Source: an uncultured virus (IMG/VR IMGVR_UViG_3300031182_000003) (Duplodnaviria > Heunggongvirae > Uroviricota > Caudoviricetes). Taken from it: a stretch of DNA of 64,000 nt. How positions within the stretch are numbered: the stretch's first letter is position 1; each line of letters opens with the position of its first letter. Under the pieces are notes generated by a model. The model saw nothing but the letters and a program-made list of their open reading frames with translations, was not told the DNA's origin and ran no database searches. A program made the position numbers and the translations under genes. The DNA lies in the IMG/VR virus record IMGVR_UViG_3300031182_000003. One strand, 5' to 3'. Of this stretch, positions 59,002 through 64,000 are shown in pieces.

Positions 59002-59714
59002 TGGCGAGCCATTACACGGAGTTGTTTAAAACGCGGCTCCACGAATTGGAGAAGCATTACGCTCAGCGGCAGGCGGCCCATGATCTGCTTGTGGAGGAAC
59101 GCGATGCGGAGCAGGACAAAATCGACAAGCGGGCTCAAACCAAACTCCATCTGGAGAAGGTGGTTTCGACGCTGATCGCAACCGCCGATGCCGCCCGGGA
59201 ATCCGGCAGGCAACGGATGGAGAAGGTTGTTACGAAGGCATTACAATCCGTATTCGGGCCGTCCTTCACCTTCGAGATCGAACTGGCCGAATCCGGCGGA
59301 AAACCGGTTGCCAACTTCTATGTTGTCAGTGAGAATCCGAATGGCGAGAAGATCAAGAACGAGCCGCAGGATTCGCGCGGCGGTGGCGTAAATGACATTG
59401 TCGCAACGGCACTCCAAGTGGCAACGATGGTGGTATATAATAATCCTAAGATACAAGGCCCGATCTTGCTCGATGAGCCGGGCAAGCACGTATCAGAGGA
59501 TTACATCGTGAAGTTTGGCGAGTTCGTTGACTTCATCGGCAAGACATTTGATCGCCAAATTATCATGGTGACGCACCAGCCGCATCTGGCGCAAACTGCC
59601 GACAAGACGTTTATTAGCCAACTTGTCAGCGGGAAAACGGTGCTGAGGGAGCAAGACCTTCAGCCTGACGATGGGATTGTTGACGATGAGACCGAAATTG
59701 AATGGGAGTCTTGA
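59001..59714 (+). CDS. C-terminal half of SbcC/Rad50 ABC ATPase
   Basis: Short coiled coil, SRGGG signature, ILLDEP Walker B, MVTHQ H-loop. Confidence 0.85.
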   Translation: MASHYTELFKTRLHELEKHYAQRQAAHDLLVEERDAEQDKIDKRAQTKLHLEKVVSTLIATADAARESGRQRMEKVVTKALQSVFGPSFTFEIELAESGGKPVANFYVVSENPNGEKIKNEPQDSRGGGVNDIVATALQVATMVVYNNPKIQGPILLDEPGKHVSEDYIVKFGEFVDFIGKTFDRQIIMVTHQPHLAQTADKTFISQLVSGKTVLREQDLQPDDGIVDDETEIEWES

Positions 59715-60192
59715 TCGCACACGCGGCTACACCACCCCAACGGAAGCTGATAATCAATGCGACTACTTCAAAAATCGGTTCTTTGAACACGGGCTCAAGA
59801 ATGAACGGCGGGCCGTCTGCGAACTGAAACCAAGTGAAGGTATCCATTGCGATTACCAATTGATTCAGGAAGACGGCACGCCCATCTGTGCCCGGTATGT
59901 GTATTGGCCTCACTTTGAAATCATCAAAGATGCACCGGTTATCCCGGATCTGGATCCTATCCCGTATCGAGAAAACACCAAAGTCGAGGTACAGAAAAAA
60001 GATGCGGATGGGAATCCGCTCTTTTGGGATACAACAGTGGATCCGCCCGTTGAAACGACGGAAGATACGGGGGAACCGATTATGGTGGAGGAGTACACGA
60101 AAGCCGAGTGGTTCTCCACACAATGGGTTGATACGCACGAGAAGCAGTTACGCATTCGCAATCATGTACTTGGCTGGTATCATGAAGTATAA
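59671..60192 (+). CDS. Hypothetical protein
   Basis: Open frame; start uncertain. Confidence 0.6.
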   Translation: MGLLTMRPKLNGSLDRTRGYTTPTEADNQCDYFKNRFFEHGLKNERRAVCELKPSEGIHCDYQLIQEDGTPICARYVYWPHFEIIKDAPVIPDLDPIPYRENTKVEVQKKDADGNPLFWDTTVDPPVETTEDTGEPIMVEEYTKAEWFSTQWVDTHEKQLRIRNHVLGWYHEV

Positions 60193-60205
60193 GGAGGCAT
60201 TCATT

Positions 60206-60535
60206 GTGAAAATCGTCGAAAAACTGCTTGGCTTTTGGAGCCATTTCGGCGTCAAGACGGTAACGACTGTCGAGGGGGATAAGGTTCCGCAGATTGTCCC
60301 GGGAAAAACGCACCAATGTCCGCCGAGCTTGCTGGACAAAATGCGGAAGATTGAAGCGAAACGCGAAGGAGTCCAAGGAATGCTGTCCATGATGACGCAA
60401 GAACTTGGAACTATCTTTTTGGAAGAACGAGCGGTTTGGGATGAGATCCGTGCGGAACTCGGCATCCCAAGAAATATCGGGCTTGTTCTGAATCGGGAAA
60501 CCGGAGTGATCAGAGAAGCCCGTATCAAGGAGTGA
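60206..60535 (+). CDS. Hypothetical protein
   Basis: AAGGAGG RBS before GTG. Confidence 0.65.
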   Translation: MKIVEKLLGFWSHFGVKTVTTVEGDKVPQIVPGKTHQCPPSLLDKMRKIEAKREGVQGMLSMMTQELGTIFLEERAVWDEIRAELGIPRNIGLVLNRETGVIREARIKE

Positions 60536-60541
60536 TACCTG

Positions 60542-61186
60542 ATGTTGAACTGGTTGAAGGGGCTTTGGAATAAACTGCCGTTCAAACACAAGTTCCAGAT
60601 CCGTTATTATCACGAGCAGTTTCTTGAAAACAACGAAGTATCGGAACAGGAACGCCGTCGTCAACGGATCAAGAACATGTCGCATGTTGTTCCGCCCCGG
60701 GATCTACACTTCAGGTGTCCTTATTGCGGACAAGCGCACAAGATGATTTGTTCGCCGAATATTCAGATCGGACAGGATCATGCACAGGGATATCTGCTTC
60801 AGATGTCAGTAGACGGCGTTGCTGTCGGATTCCCGTCGTCGGAGTGGAACGATGTGCAATATGATTTGATCGACCGGCCCGAATGCGAAGTTGTCTGCGA
60901 GGAGTGCGGCGAGAAAGACGCCTTCTGGAAGTGGAATTTCGCTTACCATAAACCGCTCGTCTTCTTCGAGATGGATCAAGAACATCTGTGCCATTGCGGC
61001 GGTGAAATGTATATGGAGCATCTGCCGGGCACGGATCAGTACGCGCTCCGTTGTGAGCGTCAATCCTGCCGTTGGGTCAAACCCGACAGCAAAGTAAGCG
61101 GAGCCCCCGGCCAAACACAAGTCGGGGCGGAAGAAGGAGAATTGAAGTATGAACTTCGCACTCACAGGGAACGAAGTGCAGATTGA
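60542..61186 (+). CDS. Cys-rich (zinc-binding) hypothetical protein
   Basis: CPYCG, CEECG, CHCGG, CERQSC. Confidence 0.7.
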   Translation: MLNWLKGLWNKLPFKHKFQIRYYHEQFLENNEVSEQERRRQRIKNMSHVVPPRDLHFRCPYCGQAHKMICSPNIQIGQDHAQGYLLQMSVDGVAVGFPSSEWNDVQYDLIDRPECEVVCEECGEKDAFWKWNFAYHKPLVFFEMDQEHLCHCGGEMYMEHLPGTDQYALRCERQSCRWVKPDSKVSGAPGQTQVGAEEGELKYELRTHRERSAD

Positions 61187-61490
61187 AGGATTTGCGTGGG
61201 TGATTCACCACGATTTCGATATCGACGAAGAAGTTCCGAAAATCGAGGCGAAGCTGAGGAAATGCTTCGAGGGCGAGACGGCGCACAAGATCACGCGCGT
61301 CTACATCGGAAGCAACAGCTTCAAGTCGTTCTATACGCAGGCCGGATTCGAGGACATCCACATTCCCGGCATTCTGGAGTACATACGGGAACTTTACCAA
61401 AAGGGGCGCTTCCCGCTTGATCTCCGGTTTATGAATTACGTTACCTATACGCCACTTACGCTTGTCGAAAATAAAGAGGGCACTCCGTAA
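61149..61490 (+). CDS. Hypothetical protein
   Basis: AAGGAG RBS. Confidence 0.65.
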   Translation: MNFALTGNEVQIEGFAWVIHHDFDIDEEVPKIEAKLRKCFEGETAHKITRVYIGSNSFKSFYTQAGFEDIHIPGILEYIRELYQKGRFPLDLRFMNYVTYTPLTLVENKEGTP

Positions 61491-61551
61491 AGGGGTGCTC
61501 TCTTTGCGTTGTCACGCAAAGAGTGAAGTTTGCAGAGAGGGAGGTTGGGCC

Positions 61552-62823
61552 GTGAAGGTTGGGACGATCACTGACGAACTGCTAGATCGCATCCTTGAGG
61601 AGAATGATCTCAGGGAAGTCGCGGAGGAATACGGTGTCGTTTTCGGCGCGAACAACAAAGCGATCTGCCCTTTTCATAAGGAATCGACACCGAGCCTGCA
61701 TCTTCATACGGAAAACAACACCTATCATTGTTACGCTTGCCGGGCAGGCACTCGATGGGAGAACAAGGAGAAACGCATCCCTCACATGCTTCACCTGCCT
61801 GACGGCGTAACCATTGAAGATGGCGGCCCGAGTGTCATCGGTTTTGTGATGAACATGGAACGTTGTTCGTATATCGAAGCCTGCGTCATCCTGATGGAGC
61901 GGGCGGGTATCCCGATTCCCAAAGCCAAGGTGGACGCAAAGCTCGAAAAGATGAAGCAAAAGATGACGGAAGACAACAAGCTGTTCTGCAAAACGCTCCT
62001 GAAAAGCGAGAAGATGCTCGCTTATCTGGACAGCCGTGGCATTCATCGGGACGCCATTAAGAAATGGCGGATTGGGCTCGTGCCAAAAGGATACCGTCAT
62101 CCCTATTTTGGCACGCTGTTGGAAGGCCGCCTTGTCTTTGGAATTACGGAGCCCTGCTGGAATCCGAAAAAGGCCAAGACGATTGCGATGGCATATCGTG
62201 ACATGAATTATGAGAAAGGCTCCAAGGATCATTCGGCCAAGTACATCAACGATAAAGAGTCGGAGATCTACAAGAAGGGTCAGATTCTCTACGGATTGAA
62301 CGAAGCACGCAAGGCGATCCGAGAAGCCGGTTACGCACTCGTTGTTGAGGGTTATACCGATGTCATTATTGCACATCAATGCGGTATCGAGAACACCATC
62401 GCAACGTGCGGTACGTCGTTTACCGATGAACAGATGGACATTCTGGAGAAGCTCACGAAGAACATCTACTTCTGGTACGACGGTGACGAAGCGGGCCGGG
62501 AGGCGATGGAGCGCACTATTGGCCGCCTGCTTGCTCGCGGCTTCAAGGTGTACGTCATTATCTCCACGCCGCGTGATCCGGCAGAGCAGATGAATTATAT
62601 GGGCCAAAAGGGTAAAGCGATTCGGCGATACATCGCCGACAAAGCCATCCCGGCCCGGATGTTTCTGGCTTCGTCGATCTTTGAGGAGTACGACAAGAAA
62701 CTGCAACGCCTCAAAGCCGACATGCTCGACGAATTGATGCCGATTTACCGGCTCATTACCGATGACACTGAAAAGGTGTTGTTCAAATCCATGATCCAAG
62801 AACGATTGGGCGTTCAAATCTAA
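61552..62823 (+). CDS. dnaG: DNA primase (CHC2 zinc finger plus Toprim)
   Basis: CPFHKESTPS, CYAC, KYIN, VEGYTDV, YDGDEAG. Confidence 0.93.
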   Translation: MKVGTITDELLDRILEENDLREVAEEYGVVFGANNKAICPFHKESTPSLHLHTENNTYHCYACRAGTRWENKEKRIPHMLHLPDGVTIEDGGPSVIGFVMNMERCSYIEACVILMERAGIPIPKAKVDAKLEKMKQKMTEDNKLFCKTLLKSEKMLAYLDSRGIHRDAIKKWRIGLVPKGYRHPYFGTLLEGRLVFGITEPCWNPKKAKTIAMAYRDMNYEKGSKDHSAKYINDKESEIYKKGQILYGLNEARKAIREAGYALVVEGYTDVIIAHQCGIENTIATCGTSFTDEQMDILEKLTKNIYFWYDGDEAGREAMERTIGRLLARGFKVYVIISTPRDPAEQMNYMGQKGKAIRRYIADKAIPARMFLASSIFEEYDKKLQRLKADMLDELMPIYRLITDDTEKVLFKSMIQERLGVQI

Positions 62824-62843
62824 AACGAGGAGGACAATAACAT

Positions 62844-63386
62844 ATGGCGACGACGGTAACGAAGAAGTTGGCGAAGACGGCGATTGAGCAAACCGCTTCG
62901 GCGGCGACCATGCATTCTCAGCGCAAAATCAAGTCTGTACAGGTTACGTCCGCTGTGGTGAAGGCGTACAGCCCGGAACACGCAAAGCGCGTCGCGGCGG
63001 CCCTGTACGGCGTTGCTTATGAGGCGGTACAGAGCGTGGTTCCGTTGCGCCCGAAGAAAGTGTCGGCACCAAGCAAGTGCCAGTCGGCAGATTTCCCGCA
63101 ACAGGGCGCTCGGAAGTGGGAAACGGAATACCAGATCTATACTTACGCACAGCGCGTGCCGATCGGCCTCAACAAATGGTCGTACATCGGGCTGGAGTTT
63201 GTCAAAGGCGGCTTTGCGAGCAAAACGGAAGCCGTCAAGGAGATGAAGGCGTTGACACTCAAGCATTGTGTACCGATGATGGTGCAAATCCACAAGACGC
63301 TGAAGAAGGACAGCAACGTCACGGCCATTGCCGAACCGCAAATGAAGATGCAGGATTATCAGGTGGAATTTGTGGACGGCGTATAA
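62844..63386 (+). CDS. Hypothetical protein
   Basis: GAGGAGG RBS. Confidence 0.7.
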   Translation: MATTVTKKLAKTAIEQTASAATMHSQRKIKSVQVTSAVVKAYSPEHAKRVAAALYGVAYEAVQSVVPLRPKKVSAPSKCQSADFPQQGARKWETEYQIYTYAQRVPIGLNKWSYIGLEFVKGGFASKTEAVKEMKALTLKHCVPMMVQIHKTLKKDSNVTAIAEPQMKMQDYQVEFVDGV

Positions 63387-63418
63387 TCTGCATTACATCC
63401 GCCCATACTAGGTGTAAC
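63381..63418 (+). promoter_or_regulatory. Recurrent promoter/operator motif copy (sigmaG-like CATACTA)
   Basis: GTATAA...ATTAC-N17-GTAAC with internal CATACTA. Confidence 0.65.
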
Positions 63419-63439
63419 GACCAAGTAAGGGGCGGTGTG

Positions 63440-63886
63440 ATGACAGGGAGAACGCATTTTGTGTCCGGCTTTATTCTTGGGGCCGCCGTTTGTGCGAAAT
63501 ACGACCTCGCGGCTCCGTATATGGCGTCCTGTGTTGTAGGAACGATGCTACCGGACACCGATCATTCCAAGTCCATGCTCGGTAAGTTTTTTCCGCTGTG
63601 GCTCATCTTTAAGCCGCACCGGAAGAACGTGACGCATTCTCTGATCGGCATGAGCATCGCCAGCCTCATTTGGCTGTTTATTACAGCATCATGGCTTCAC
63701 GCCGCGTTTTTTGCCGCAGGGTATATTGTTCACCTGATGCTGGATACGTTCACTGAAATGGGCGTACCGTGGCTATGGCCGAAACAGACAATGTTCTCGT
63801 TGGCAAACGCGGGATCCGGTGTGCGGGAATTGATTGTTCTTTCCGCGTTCTATACCATAGTGATAGCCACGATGTCAGTCTTGTAA
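63440..63886 (+). CDS. YdjM-family membrane metal-dependent hydrolase
   Basis: GRTH, LPDTDH, HRKNVTHSL, HLMLDTFT, GVPWLWP. Confidence 0.85.
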   Translation: MTGRTHFVSGFILGAAVCAKYDLAAPYMASCVVGTMLPDTDHSKSMLGKFFPLWLIFKPHRKNVTHSLIGMSIASLIWLFITASWLHAAFFAAGYIVHLMLDTFTEMGVPWLWPKQTMFSLANAGSGVRELIVLSAFYTIVIATMSVL

Positions 63887-64000
63887 GGAGGGGTGATATG
63901 TATCGTGCCCAAAATCAGGCATGGCTGGACGAAGTAAGCGAGTCCATCGTTAAAGTAACCAAGGGATTCGAGAAACCGGATCGCAAATATGCCTATGCGT

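Overview
About 64 kb of a large (jumbo-like) phage or phage-like replicon, probably infecting a spore-forming Bacillota host (inferred from strong AGGAGG ribosome-binding sites (RBS) and sigmaA- and sigmaF/G-like promoters). Essentially all real genes are on the + strand. The window is a replication/recombination and accessory region with no recognisable virion genes. It encodes DnaE, beta clamp, primase, RecA, RecJ, PcrA/UvrD, a SNF2 helicase, a split SbcCD, two SSB-like proteins, HU, RNase H, two UDG-family proteins, dUTPase and a DNA methyltransferase. Host-like accessory genes include a GGDEF diguanylate cyclase, PspA, GroES, an acyl carrier protein, a 3D-domain protein and a RavA/ViaA-like pair. 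The most notable features are non-coding. (1) A canonical 76-nt tRNA with anticodon CUA (amber suppressor) lies about 0.8 kb upstream of a gene whose best start is followed by an in-frame TAG at codon 9. (2) Two clusters, plus one isolated copy, of non-canonical tRNA-like RNAs keep acceptor and T arms but have altered or replaced anticodon arms. (3) Two ORF-less group I introns split the SNF2 helicase and DnaE at conserved motifs. (4) At least 14 dispersed hairpins share an invariant TGTC loop with covarying stems. (5) A recurrent promoter, GYATAA-N17/18-ATACT, is overlaid by a GTTAC-N17-GTAAC inverted repeat. (6) Several large structured intergenic RNA candidates are present. All calls are by eye; no searches or folding programs were run.
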